Notes: generated by a model not told the origin, from the letters alone. A stretch of 63,937 bases of DNA from Chloroflexota bacterium (GCA_032124675.1 JAQBDA010000231.1:1-63937); one strand, 5' to 3'. Counted from the first letter of the stretch, positions 9,629-19,578 are shown. A program made the numbers and translations.

Positions 9629-11251
9629 TTACTCCCTTGCCCAATCCCAGACCCAATACAGCACAGCAGTGGCGACCCCCAAGCCGAGAGTCTTGAACAG
9701 ATCCACTACCTCCCAGGGCAGGTAAGTATATCGGCGCAGGTACCAGGGCAGGAACCAGGCCAGTATCAGAACCGAGCTGACCAGCGCCCGCCGCAGCCAG
9801 GGGTCATGCCGGGCTCTCTGGGCTGCCAGCACCCAGGCTGCCAGTGCCACCTGCAAGCCGGCAAATGCTTCCCTGTAGCGCGGGTTATCCCACTGGTCTC
9901 CGCCACCCCGGTAAGAGGCAATCAGAATACCCAGCCACACGACCAGGCTGATCCCCAGGACCAGACGGATATTCCCGGTGCCATCCTGGCTTCCGGCATC
10001 CACCCGTCGCATGGCGCGCAGCGGTGCGTAGATCAGGAAAACCAGCAGCAGCGTCCACCCGGCTGCACGCCAGATGGCAATCGCCCTCCAGATCAGGGCT
10101 CCGGTCGCATCGCTCAGCGCGGCTGGCAGGAATGGCTGGACGATCCCGTAAACCAGCAGCATGGGAGCATGTGCCCATTCCGGGGTACTGTCGAAGATCT
10201 TCTGCACCCAGCCTGAGGCGCGCTCGCTGAGGTAGGCCTGCCAATCGGCGGACTTCTTCACCCACCAGCCCACCAGCTCGACCGGATTTGACACTCCCTG
10301 CGGTGCGAAGCTGCCCCATGTGAACCACAGCCCGGCGAGGACCAATACTGCCAGCAGGGCCAATATCACCCACACCCGGCGCTGCCCCCTGAGCCCTCCC
10401 AGGAGAACGCCTGGACCTGCAGCTGCCGCCAGGATGACAAGCATCAACAGCAGCAGTCCAGCGAACGGTGGAGAGAAAGGCAGGCACAGCAGCAGTGCAG
10501 CAATGACCCAAAACAGGCTGCTCCACGAGCGTTCCTGCAGGTATTGCAAAAGGCCGTAAAACGCGGCTGCTGACAGGGTTATAGTAAAGGCTTCGCGCAT
10601 CTGTGAGCTTCCAATCAGCACCGCTTCGGGGTAGAAGACCAGCAGCCAGGCAGCGATGGCAGCCGCCTCGGCATTCCAGGCGCGCCTGGCAAACGCCCAG
10701 GTGAATAAGATTGCCAGAGATGAAAATGCGGCAGTCAGCGTGATGATCAGCAGGGGTGGGTGTGCCTCGCCCGGCAGGAAGCGGTACACAGCCGCACTCA
10801 TGAACAGCAGACCGCCGTACTGGTCATAGCGCCGGTAGCCGCCCTGAAAGGCTTTCAACAATGATTTCTCAGATTGAGAGAGGTCCCAGGCGCTACGATC
10901 CCGGTCATAGGCATCCGACATCACGTAGCCGTTCAGTTCTGCGGGAGAGCCATACCCCCAGACCGGCAGCCCAGTATGCCAGATGACTCCTATCCCCAGA
11001 CGCAGCAGGGCCGCTGCGATCAGCAATCCACCCAGCCAGCCTGGAGGAGTCTCTCTGCGCACCAACCACCATCCCACCCACAGCATTCCAGCACCCGCTG
11101 CCAGGACTGCCAGGAAAGGGAACCAGCCGGTGACGCTCATGTAACCGCTCGAGACCCAGGCCAGGCCAAATGCCAGCCCGGTCAACACAGCCAAGCAGGC
11201 TGCCAACAAGACCACCTTCGGTATGGGCTGCCTGTCCACTGGCTGACTCAC
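9629..11251 (-). CDS. Polytopic membrane protein, GT-C-like glycosyltransferase or polymerase candidate
   Basis: Many hydrophobic segments, a large loop with SDAYDRD, ArnT/PMT-like YP...S..MRE segment; lies within the glycan locus; GTGA-coupled to the upstream GT4. Confidence 0.55.
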   Translation of the reverse strand: MSQPVDRQPIPKVVLLAACLAVLTGLAFGLAWVSSGYMSVTGWFPFLAVLAAGAGMLWVGWWLVRRETPPGWLGGLLIAAALLRLGIGVIWHTGLPVWGYGSPAELNGYVMSDAYDRDRSAWDLSQSEKSLLKAFQGGYRRYDQYGGLLFMSAAVYRFLPGEAHPPLLIITLTAAFSSLAILFTWAFARRAWNAEAAAIAAWLLVFYPEAVLIGSSQMREAFTITLSAAAFYGLLQYLQERSWSSLFWVIAALLLCLPFSPPFAGLLLLMLVILAAAAGPGVLLGGLRGQRRVWVILALLAVLVLAGLWFTWGSFAPQGVSNPVELVGWWVKKSADWQAYLSERASGWVQKIFDSTPEWAHAPMLLVYGIVQPFLPAALSDATGALIWRAIAIWRAAGWTLLLVFLIYAPLRAMRRVDAGSQDGTGNIRLVLGISLVVWLGILIASYRGGGDQWDNPRYREAFAGLQVALAAWVLAAQRARHDPWLRRALVSSVLILAWFLPWYLRRYTYLPWEVVDLFKTLGLGVATAVLYWVWDWARE

Positions 11252-12414
11252 AGCATAATCCCTTCCAGTATCCGTTGAGCTCGAGATTCCCAGCTGTAAC
11301 GGTCGGCGTTCATCCGTGCCTCTCTGCCGAGGTCAGCTCGACGTTGGGCATCTTCGCTCAACCCTTGGATTGCTGTCACCCATGAGTTTGCATCATCCGG
11401 CGGCAGGAAGATGGCGAAATCCTGCTCCAGCACCTCCTTCAGAACCGGCAAATCGCTTGAGAGGATGGGCCGACCGCTCGCCATATACTCGAAGAGCTTC
11501 ATCGGGCTCAGGTAGCGGGCAATATCCCCGCCGGAAGAGGCAGCCACATGCCGCTGGTAGGGCATCAGCAGCACATCGCAGGCAGCCTGATAGACCGGCA
11601 GCTCCGCATTGGGAATAAAACCGGTCAGTATGACATTGCTCAGGCCTGCTTGCTGTGATTGCAACTGTAGTCGTTCGACATCTTGAGGCTCGCCACCAAC
11701 CAGCAAGAAGATCGCTTCCGGCAGGCCGGCAGCCATTGCGAGCATCAATTCCACCCCGCGGCCTCGATAGAGGTGCCCCGTATAACCAGCCACTATGACC
11801 TGGTCGCTCAGGCTAACTCCCAGCCCTTCCTCAATCGAACGCCGCGCCGCGTCCCTTCCCGGCAGATTGGTATAGCGTGATAAATCCACCCCATCCGGGG
11901 CAACAAGGCTGAACGGCTCATCAACGGGTGCGCTGAACTTATCTGCCAGGTCATAGAGCAGGCTGTGTGTGATCACTACCAGGCGCCGCTTCCCACGACC
12001 GCGCAGGAAAGCCCGGAACAGGAGCGGAGCCATTAATCCCTTGGGCAGATCGTGAACTTCATATATTGTGGGCACCCCCAGCATGCTGCCTATGGCAGCC
12101 GCCTGGGGCAGACGGGTGTAGAGCAGGTCAGCGTTCCAGCCGCGCGCCCAACCTACCGAGCGGAAGCCAAAATCATAGCGCCTAAGCTGCGGAATGGCAG
12201 TCAGCCAATCCACTGTAAACCGCTGCTTCAGCCCGTAGTGGTGAGCCAGCTCGCCCCATTGAGTCTCATCGACCGATCTGGCAGCACCCGCGGCGGGCAC
12301 AGCCAGACGCACCTCATGACCCAGTGCGGAGATCGCCTGGCACATCTTCATCACCTGCATGGTATTGGCACGCCGGGCCGGGATCTCACTGGGAGCGATA
12401 ACGGCAACGCGCAT
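11248..12414 (-). CDS. Glycosyltransferase family 4
   Basis: GT-B motifs (YTGHL..GRGV, SPMKLFEYMASGRPILSSD). Start moved from 12645 to the ATG at 12414, 2 nt after the flippase stop. Confidence 0.9.
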   Translation of the reverse strand: MRVAVIAPSEIPARRANTMQVMKMCQAISALGHEVRLAVPAAGAARSVDETQWGELAHHYGLKQRFTVDWLTAIPQLRRYDFGFRSVGWARGWNADLLYTRLPQAAAIGSMLGVPTIYEVHDLPKGLMAPLLFRAFLRGRGKRRLVVITHSLLYDLADKFSAPVDEPFSLVAPDGVDLSRYTNLPGRDAARRSIEEGLGVSLSDQVIVAGYTGHLYRGRGVELMLAMAAGLPEAIFLLVGGEPQDVERLQLQSQQAGLSNVILTGFIPNAELPVYQAACDVLLMPYQRHVAASSGGDIARYLSPMKLFEYMASGRPILSSDLPVLKEVLEQDFAIFLPPDDANSWVTAIQGLSEDAQRRADLGREARMNADRYSWESRAQRILEGIML

Positions 12415-12416
12415 TG

Positions 12417-13781
12417 CTACGCCTGCTCCGTCACCGGCAAGCGCGCTGCCAGGAGCAGCCTGACCTTGGCAAACGATATCAGCGAGGCAGCAATGTAAAA
12501 TGCCGATAGCAGAGCTGCACTCGCCAGATACCCGTAGCGCGGTACGAACAGCAGGATGCCAATCACCTTCGTTGCCGCCAGGATGACATTCAGTTTGGCC
12601 GGGAAATCCGGACGCCCGAGGGCCAGGAGTGCATTCCTGCGCCAATAGAAGATATTTGCAAATAGAAAGCCTGCCATCAATATCAGCAGCGCCGGATATG
12701 CCGGCAGGAACTCGGGGGTATATAAAAAGGAGATCAACGGACGGCCAAACACCCCCAAAACGAGCACTGCCGGCAGGGTATAGCTGGCTGCCAGAATCGA
12801 ACCCTGCCTCAGCACTGCGCGCAGGTCCTGCCAGTTTCCGCGCGCCGCCTGGCGGGTCAGCTCAGGATAAGTCGCCTGAGGCAGCGGGCTGACCGGCAGC
12901 TGGATGATATTTGCCAGGGAAATCGCCAGCTTGTAATACCCAGTCTCAACCGGACCGCGAAAGAAAGACACCCACAGTAGCTCGCTGTCTTTATTGATCA
13001 GGCTCAGCGAGGCGCTGATGTTGGTGTTCACTGCGAAATGCCTCATCTCACGCCATTCTGGCTTGAGGGTGGAAACCGGCGTGCGCCACCAGTCTCTCCC
13101 CCAGTTACGGTTGGCTTCCAATAATGCCCCCGAGCTGAGGCTCAATGCTCCAACGGCTTTGCCGCCCAGGTATGCGAGCAGCACCCCGACCATACCCCCA
13201 TCTGCCAGGTATACGATCGCGACCAGGCACAGCGTGACGATGCTCTGCACGAGCGAAAGGGCAGCCACATTGCGGAATCGATCGAATATTTGCAGCAGAC
13301 CCATCGAGCTCTCTGAGACCAGGTTTGCCAGCACGATCATGCCATAAAGGATAAACCAGCCTGTGGTGCTGGGGTCTTTGGCGAGGAAACGAGCTGCCAG
13401 TGGTGCGAGAGCGCAGAGCAGCCCAAACGCCAGGATGGAAGCCGCCATCTCTACCAATAAGGCGCTCTTGAATACAGTCGCTGCCCGCCTCTGGTCGCCT
13501 GCCTCGCTGTACTGGGCTACATATTTGATCACCAGCTCTCCCATGCGGAACGAGACCAGCTTGTTGATCACACTGGTAAACATGATAATCGCGCCAAGTA
13601 TGCCGTAGCTCTCTACCCCCAGCAGACGCGCGACCAGGATTCCCTGCAGCATGCTTAGGGCAGCCGACACCCCGGTCGCGCTGAACAAATACCCGGAATT
13701 CTTAACTACCCGGCGGGTCAACTCGTTTTGGAACAGGCGATGGAAAAGCCTGCGCACCCAGGAGTATATCGAGTGGATCAT
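12417..13781 (-). CDS. Wzx/MOP-family oligosaccharide flippase
   Basis: KNSGYL..A, LVARLLGVESYG, GYYKLA...P.....TYPEL pattern; many TM segments. Confidence 0.85.
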   Translation of the reverse strand: MIHSIYSWVRRLFHRLFQNELTRRVVKNSGYLFSATGVSAALSMLQGILVARLLGVESYGILGAIIMFTSVINKLVSFRMGELVIKYVAQYSEAGDQRRAATVFKSALLVEMAASILAFGLLCALAPLAARFLAKDPSTTGWFILYGMIVLANLVSESSMGLLQIFDRFRNVAALSLVQSIVTLCLVAIVYLADGGMVGVLLAYLGGKAVGALSLSSGALLEANRNWGRDWWRTPVSTLKPEWREMRHFAVNTNISASLSLINKDSELLWVSFFRGPVETGYYKLAISLANIIQLPVSPLPQATYPELTRQAARGNWQDLRAVLRQGSILAASYTLPAVLVLGVFGRPLISFLYTPEFLPAYPALLILMAGFLFANIFYWRRNALLALGRPDFPAKLNVILAATKVIGILLFVPRYGYLASAALLSAFYIAASLISFAKVRLLLAARLPVTEQA

Positions 13782-13835
13782 AGTGTGGCAGGACGGATTA
13801 GGGCGGCTTGCCGAGGTGCCTGAGCACCAGGCCGA

Positions 13836-14834
13836 TCAGCCGGTGTCAATCTGGCTGGCCCAGCTGCGTTCTTCATTGTACCAGGCTACCATCCTGGTCA
13901 TTCCTTCCAGCAGCGATACGCGCGGCTCCCAGCCCAACAGGCGTCCGGCTTTCTGGACGTCAGCCCAGTTCGCCAGCATATCAGCTGGATGTGCTGGTTG
14001 GGACACAACCCGTGCTTTTTGACCGATCAGCTCCTCCAGCATTTCAATGACCTGGTTTATCTTGACCATCTCATGTCCGCCGAGGTTGATAATCTCGTAC
14101 CCTAAGGGTCTCAAGCCAAGCACTGTGCCATTGGCAATATCGTCTACATAGGTAAACCCGCGCCTCTGTTCGCCATCTCCGTTCAATCGCAGCGCCTGCC
14201 CCTCGCTGATCCAACGGGTAAAGCGGAACATCGACATATCCGGTCGCCCGGCTGGACCATATACGGTGAAATAACGAAATATGGTCACATCCAGACCATT
14301 AAGATAGTGATAGACGTGGCAAAGCGCTTCTGCACTTTTCTTGCTGGCAGCATATGCCTGCAGGGGGTGGTCGCTGGGTGTATCTTCCGGCGTAGGCAAA
14401 GGAGCGTCATCGCCATAGACACTGGAGGTGGAGGCCAGAACGAACTTGGGCACAGCATTCCGTTTGCAGAACTCCAAGAGGTTGAGGGTTCCGGTAATAT
14501 TGGTGTCCAAGTAGACCCACGGATTCTCCACCGATTGGCGCACCCCGGCACGTGCAGCCAGGTTGATCACGGCCGAAAAGACCGGTCCGGCATCTTTCAC
14601 GCCGTAGGCATATTCCAATGAGTCAACACTTGAACGGTCGCTGATATCCAGGCGATGAAAATTGAAATTAGGCAGAGATTGCAGGCGCTGCAGGCGGTAT
14701 TCTTTCATGCGCACGTCGTAGGCATCGTTCATGTTATCGACGCCGACAACCGTATGCCCTTGCTCCACCAGCAGCTCAGCAACTCTGGAGGCAATAAAAC
14801 CGGCCGCGCCGGTCAGAAGGTAACGCGCCATCAA
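13836..14834 (-). CDS. NAD-dependent epimerase, UDP-hexuronate 4-epimerase-like
   Basis: TGAAGFIAS, NLAARAGVRQS, YAASK, FTVYGPAGRPDM. Confidence 0.88.
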   Translation of the reverse strand: MMARYLLTGAAGFIASRVAELLVEQGHTVVGVDNMNDAYDVRMKEYRLQRLQSLPNFNFHRLDISDRSSVDSLEYAYGVKDAGPVFSAVINLAARAGVRQSVENPWVYLDTNITGTLNLLEFCKRNAVPKFVLASTSSVYGDDAPLPTPEDTPSDHPLQAYAASKKSAEALCHVYHYLNGLDVTIFRYFTVYGPAGRPDMSMFRFTRWISEGQALRLNGDGEQRRGFTYVDDIANGTVLGLRPLGYEIINLGGHEMVKINQVIEMLEELIGQKARVVSQPAHPADMLANWADVQKAGRLLGWEPRVSLLEGMTRMVAWYNEERSWASQIDTG

Positions 14835-14892
14835 TTTCTCCTACCGCTGCCTAGAAAAGACTTGTTGAACGTTCGAATCACCGGTTTCATGA

Positions 14893-16218
14893 TCAGATGC
14901 GGAAGACCTTTGGATCCGCCCGACCGGCGCTGCCGAGTGCGTTTCGAGTGTCGACGATGAGTTTGGCCGCATCCTGTATCGCCGGGTAATCATAGCTGCT
15001 ATGGTCTGTCACAATAACCACACAATCTGCTTCCCGCGCGGCGGTTAACATATCTGGGGCGCTCTCCAGCCGCCACCCTTCATGATCCAGATGGGGGATA
15101 TAAGGGTCATGGTAAGAAACCCTGGCGCCTTTCTGCTTGAGCAAGCCGATCACATCCAATGCCGGCGATTCACGCAAGTCGTCGATATCCGGCTTATAAG
15201 CCACCCCCAGCACCATAATGCGGCTGCCTTTAATCGGCAGGCTGTTGTCATTCAAAACGTCCTGGATCTTGCCCACCACATAGCGCGGCATGCCGGTATT
15301 GATCTCTGATGCCAGCTCGATGAAACGAGCGGTGTAGTTCAGGGCGCGCAGCTTCCACGACAGGTACAGCGGGTCGATGGGGATGCAGTGCCCGCCCAGA
15401 CCCGGACCGGGGGTAAATTTCATAAATCCAAATGGTTTGGTCGCCGCGGCGTCGATCACCTCCCAGACGTCCACGCCCAGCCGGTCGCACATTAACGCCA
15501 TCTCGTTGACCAGACCGATGTTAATCATGCGGAATGTATTCTCCAGCAGCTTTGCCATCTCCGCCACCTCGGCAGAGGATACCGGCACGACAATCTGCAG
15601 TGCCTGAGAGTACCATTCAGTTGCCACGTCCGTGCAGTCAAGGGTGATGCCGCCGATCACCTTTGGAGTATTGAGCGTCGTCCAGTCCTGGCGACCGGGA
15701 TCGACGCGCTCTGGGGAGAACGCCAGAAAGAAATTCTCCCCGACTGTCAGTTCGTGGTTTTCCTCCAGCTTGGGAAGCAAGATCTCACGCGTTGTACCCG
15801 GATAGGTGGTTGACTCGAGCACGACGACCATATTGAGATGGATGTATTTCGCCAGCTCTTCAGCAGCACTCAGAATATAAGACAGGTCCGGATCACCTGT
15901 CTTACGTAAAGGCGTGGGCACGCAGATACTGACGGCATCCACATCCTTCAAGGCTGAGAAATCGCTGGTCGCGGTCAGCTTCCCGGAGGCTACCAGGCGC
16001 TTCACCTGCTCATCCGGTATATCCTGGATATAGCTCTGCCCGCGCATTATCGTATCGACTTTGACCGTATCCGGCTCGATGCCGGTTACGCGGAAACCCG
16101 TCTCGGCAAAAACGACTGCCAGCGGCAGACCAACATACCCAAGACCTAATACTGCCACAGAAGCAGTATGATCGCGGAACTGTTCAATTAGATTTGATTT
16201 TATAGATTGAGTGTTCAT
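14893..16218 (-). CDS. UDP-N-acetylhexosamine 6-dehydrogenase family (WecC/WbpA/TviB-like)
   Basis: GLGYVGLP, ICVPTP, LESTTYPGTT, FSPER, KLLENTFR, GPGLGGHCIPIDP. Start likely 16218 rather than 16248. Confidence 0.9.
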   Translation of the reverse strand: MNTQSIKSNLIEQFRDHTASVAVLGLGYVGLPLAVVFAETGFRVTGIEPDTVKVDTIMRGQSYIQDIPDEQVKRLVASGKLTATSDFSALKDVDAVSICVPTPLRKTGDPDLSYILSAAEELAKYIHLNMVVVLESTTYPGTTREILLPKLEENHELTVGENFFLAFSPERVDPGRQDWTTLNTPKVIGGITLDCTDVATEWYSQALQIVVPVSSAEVAEMAKLLENTFRMINIGLVNEMALMCDRLGVDVWEVIDAAATKPFGFMKFTPGPGLGGHCIPIDPLYLSWKLRALNYTARFIELASEINTGMPRYVVGKIQDVLNDNSLPIKGSRIMVLGVAYKPDIDDLRESPALDVIGLLKQKGARVSYHDPYIPHLDHEGWRLESAPDMLTAAREADCVVIVTDHSSYDYPAIQDAAKLIVDTRNALGSAGRADPKVFRI

Positions 16219-16240
16219 TGGAGACCTTTTACTCGCGGTT

Positions 16241-17131
16241 TTACCCATCGGTATATCCGTAATAATTGGATAGATCGTTCTGTATTTTATGATTCAAGCG
16301 TTGGATTTCAGCATCTGTAAGATAATCCCGATATCCCCCGACCTGCCCTTTTCTGGTTTTGTATGACTCCTGGTCCGATTTCACTGCCGGGTTGAGTATA
16401 CCATCTCGAAAACTCCCCTTCAGCTCCATCTTGCGCATGTTCTCGAAGGCTGCAAACTCAACGGCTTCATTAATAGTTTCAGCATCGATCATCGTTAATC
16501 CAAGGAAATCGAGCACCCGCCGCAGCTCGCCATACGGGTCCTGTTTCATATCCTCATAGCGCACCAGCAAGAACCCCTTCGGGATTTCACGGTTCTCCGC
16601 CCAGATATTGTAATAGCTCAAGATGGTATCGAAGCCTCCCTGCCGACGATCGATGAACTCTGATAGGTTCCCGCTGTACACAGCTTTACGAGACTCGTAA
16701 GGGTTGTCCCCGAACAGACCGCCCCTTTTCTTCATCTCGAAATAGCTGGAGACGATCACATCCCGCGGATCACGTACCAGGAAGATAATTTTTTTATGGC
16801 GAAATTTCTCTTTCGACCTTTCAAGCTCTTCCGGCTTTTTGAGCATGGGGCGGTCTTCGTGAACCACGGTGATCATCGGCAGCAGCGGGTGTGGCTTTGT
16901 ACTCCAGCGCAAGAACAAGATATCCTCATCCTGGGGAAGCTTGAAATACTGGCTGATCCCACGACCGGTCATCAACCGCAACCATGTCCGTCCGCACTTA
17001 GGATATGAAATGATATAAACATCAGTCTTGCGATGGGCATACCAGCGCCTCAGATCCCCAGGCACCAGAGATTTAGCCCGACTACGTACTACAACGGGTA
17101 ATTTAGCGTAGTATTTCCGCATTTTATTCAT
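16241..17131 (-). CDS. PAPS-dependent sulfotransferase
   Basis: 5'-PSB SYPKCGRTW, 3'-PB VRDPRDVIVSSY, VRYEDM, C-terminal RKGQVGGY. Confidence 0.88.
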   Translation of the reverse strand: MNKMRKYYAKLPVVVRSRAKSLVPGDLRRWYAHRKTDVYIISYPKCGRTWLRLMTGRGISQYFKLPQDEDILFLRWSTKPHPLLPMITVVHEDRPMLKKPEELERSKEKFRHKKIIFLVRDPRDVIVSSYFEMKKRGGLFGDNPYESRKAVYSGNLSEFIDRRQGGFDTILSYYNIWAENREIPKGFLLVRYEDMKQDPYGELRRVLDFLGLTMIDAETINEAVEFAAFENMRKMELKGSFRDGILNPAVKSDQESYKTRKGQVGGYRDYLTDAEIQRLNHKIQNDLSNYYGYTDG

Positions 17132-17172
17132 ACAGATGGGGAATTGGACAGCCGTGTACTTTCTGTAAAGGA

Positions 17173-17799
17173 TCAGAACAGGTTGAGCTGCCGAGGATTA
17201 TCTTTATCAACCGGAGCCTGTTCCTGACTGCCGGCATTCTTATCAGCCCTAGCAATTAAATCCGGTATCTTTTTGAAGTCCTCTTCGATGGTCGACATCA
17301 ACGAGCGCTGGTGCAGTCCGGCGGCGGGATGGTACATCGCCACCACCAGTCTACCTCTTACCTGCATGGCTTTCCCGTGCACATCACTGATCTTCGCATT
17401 CGGCATGAAATACATTAACGAAAAACGTCCCAGCGTAACGATAACTTTAGGGTCAATGGCTTGAATCTGCCGCTCCAGGTACTCGCTGCAGGCAGAAATT
17501 TCATCCGCCTGGGGGTCACGGTTGCCGGGTGGTCTGCACTTCACCACATTGCCGATGAACACATCCGTGCGCTGCATTCCGATCTTGGCAAGCAAATCGT
17601 CCAGAACTTTTCCGGCTGCACCGACAAACGGTCTACCCTGCTCGTTTTCGTGAAAGCCTGGTCCCTCTCCGATGAACATTATCTCCGCATTGGACGGTCC
17701 CTCGCCCGGGACAGCGTTCTTACGCGAATGGTGCAGGTCACAATTCGTGCAGCCTGAGACCTGCGTGGCGATCTTTTCCAGCTCCTGCGCGGCATTCAT
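17173..17799 (-). CDS. Uracil-DNA glycosylase family 4
   Basis: CTNC, FIGEGPG..E...GRPFVG.AG, NVVKCRPP.NRDP, HPAA. Confidence 0.93.
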   Translation of the reverse strand: MNAAQELEKIATQVSGCTNCDLHHSRKNAVPGEGPSNAEIMFIGEGPGFHENEQGRPFVGAAGKVLDDLLAKIGMQRTDVFIGNVVKCRPPGNRDPQADEISACSEYLERQIQAIDPKVIVTLGRFSLMYFMPNAKISDVHGKAMQVRGRLVVAMYHPAAGLHQRSLMSTIEEDFKKIPDLIARADKNAGSQEQAPVDKDNPRQLNLF

Positions 17800-17810
17800 A
17801 ATTAACTCCT

Positions 17811-18413
17811 CTACTCCTCTGCGGCTGCGATTGGATCAGAACCTGCCAAGCCCAGCATTGCTCTTCGCCCAACACTCTGATCCAGCCATTCGATGTAGGT
17901 CTTATCCAACCCTTCTAAAGTCATGATTAAAGCATCTTCCTGGTTATCTTTGTAGTAACGCGGGCGACGACCTACGATATTAAAACCAAAACGCTGGTAC
18001 AGCCTTTGGGCGGCGGTGTTCTGTTCTCTCACTTCCAGAGTGGCAAGACGCGCTTCAAGCCGGAAAGCCTCTCGCATCACGCTAACCATCAACCGGGTGG
18101 CAATCCCCTGACCTCGAAACTCCGGGTGGACAGCGATAGAGGCAATATGGGTTTCATCAAGGATCATCCACACTACCACGACCCCAACAATCAAGCGGCT
18201 CTCATCTGGCAGCTCTATCTCCGCCACCCTTAGAAATGAACTCTGGTTCTCCAACAGCTCGTAGCGATATGCACTTTCAGGCCAGGGCAAGGAGAAGGAC
18301 TGGCGGTCAATAGTTAGCACCTGCTCCAGGTCATCTTGCCGCATAGTACGGATATGCAGCATGGCAAAAAGCTCCTCTGGCAAGGCGGCACGGATCGAAC
18401 TGCGGGCTTTCAT
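17811..18413 (-). CDS. rimI: Ribosomal protein S18 alanine N-acetyltransferase (GNAT)
   Basis: PW, DETHIASIAV...RGQGIA, LEVR..N..AQRLY..FGF, RPRYY; ATGA-coupled to tsaB. Confidence 0.88.
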   Translation of the reverse strand: MKARSSIRAALPEELFAMLHIRTMRQDDLEQVLTIDRQSFSLPWPESAYRYELLENQSSFLRVAEIELPDESRLIVGVVVVWMILDETHIASIAVHPEFRGQGIATRLMVSVMREAFRLEARLATLEVREQNTAAQRLYQRFGFNIVGRRPRYYKDNQEDALIMTLEGLDKTYIEWLDQSVGRRAMLGLAGSDPIAAAEE

Positions 18414-19081
18414 GGCTCTGGGATGGGTGTGTTGTAGTGAAGATAGATTGGAGCGAGAGACGCAGGATCATCTATCGCACCATTCTGCAGGCGGCGCCAT
18501 GCAATTTCTGCCAGGAAGGATGGTCTGCGGATTGAGTGCGCTGGAGAGGCAAGGATGACGTTCTTTCGTTTGCGCCTCAACAGGCGCTGCTCGTCTCCGG
18601 TGAGCTCTCCGCATATCAGTGTCGGGGACTGAATCTGCTGGCTAAGTTCCGCGGCGGTCATCACTTGGGGTGGAGCCAGAGGCTTCCAGTTTTTCTTCTC
18701 CCATTTGTAGGTTCCCACAGCCAGCCGTCCGCGCCCGGTGCGCAGCAAGGCTGCCATCGGCCCTTCGCGCGGCGGCTGGGCTGCAGCAAGTACATCCAGG
18801 GAGGGAACACCAATGATGGGGATATGGTGAACATAGACCAACCCTTTTGCCAGCGACAGGCCAATTCGCAGCCCGGTAAATGAGCCCGGACCCAGCGCAA
18901 CCGCCACGCTGCTCAACTGCTCGGCAGGAACATCACACTTTGCCAGCATATCGGCAATCGCAGGAGCCAGCTCGACAGTGTGGTAGTTCTGGCTGGTCCA
19001 TAAGGTTTCGCAAAGCACCTGTGCGCCGTCATACAGCGCAATACCGACCATACGGGTGGAGGTATCCAGAGCCAACAGCAT
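18410..19081 (-). CDS. tsaB: t6A biosynthesis protein TsaB
   Basis: LALDTST, VALGPGSFTGLRIG, C-terminal PIYL. Confidence 0.93.
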   Translation of the reverse strand: MLLALDTSTRMVGIALYDGAQVLCETLWTSQNYHTVELAPAIADMLAKCDVPAEQLSSVAVALGPGSFTGLRIGLSLAKGLVYVHHIPIIGVPSLDVLAAAQPPREGPMAALLRTGRGRLAVGTYKWEKKNWKPLAPPQVMTAAELSQQIQSPTLICGELTGDEQRLLRRKRKNVILASPAHSIRRPSFLAEIAWRRLQNGAIDDPASLAPIYLHYNTPIPEP

Positions 19082-19578
19082 CAGCGCACTCCGTACACCT
19101 GTCGGCGAATATCGGTCAGCAACTCTAAGTACCGTCTCCCAACTGCTGAGAACAGCATATCACGCTGCACGTCATCGATCCAGCGCATGCTCACCCAAAG
19201 GTGCTCTTTGGGTAAGGCAGGCTGGATGCGATTTGCCCATTCGATAACCAGAGGGCTTGTGTCCAACATCATTTCCAGATCAAGCTCGACAGCTTCCATT
19301 GGCCCACCCAGGCGATAAGCATCCAGGTGGTACAGGGTCTGTTGATACGGACCGCGGTAAACATTTACCAGCACAAACGATGGGCTGGAAACTGAATCCA
19401 GCGAGCCCCACCCGGCAGCTATCCCTTGGACAAAGGTCGTTTTGCCAGCTCCCAGCTCTCCAGCCAGGCAGATCGTATCTCCCGCATGCAGCAGACCACC
19501 CAGGCGCATCCCTACCCGCCTGGTTTGTTCCGGGCTGCGGCTGATAAACTCCATCGAGTTCGCATTAAAGACAGGCAT
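19081..19578 (-). CDS. tsaE: t6A biosynthesis ATPase TsaE
   Basis: GELGAGKTT Walker A, SPSF, HLDAYRL, IEWA. Confidence 0.93.
   Translation of the reverse strand: MPVFNANSMEFISRSPEQTRRVGMRLGGLLHAGDTICLAGELGAGKTTFVQGIAAGWGSLDSVSSPSFVLVNVYRGPYQQTLYHLDAYRLGGPMEAVELDLEMMLDTSPLVIEWANRIQPALPKEHLWVSMRWIDDVQRDMLFSAVGRRYLELLTDIRRQVYGVR

Noticed and set aside
8574-9656. Long minus-strand ORFs over guaA
   Set aside because: Antisense shadows typical of GC-rich coding DNA.
12415-12645. N-terminal extension of the GT4 ORF
   Set aside because: Overlaps the flippase; the GT4 fold begins at the ATG at 12414.
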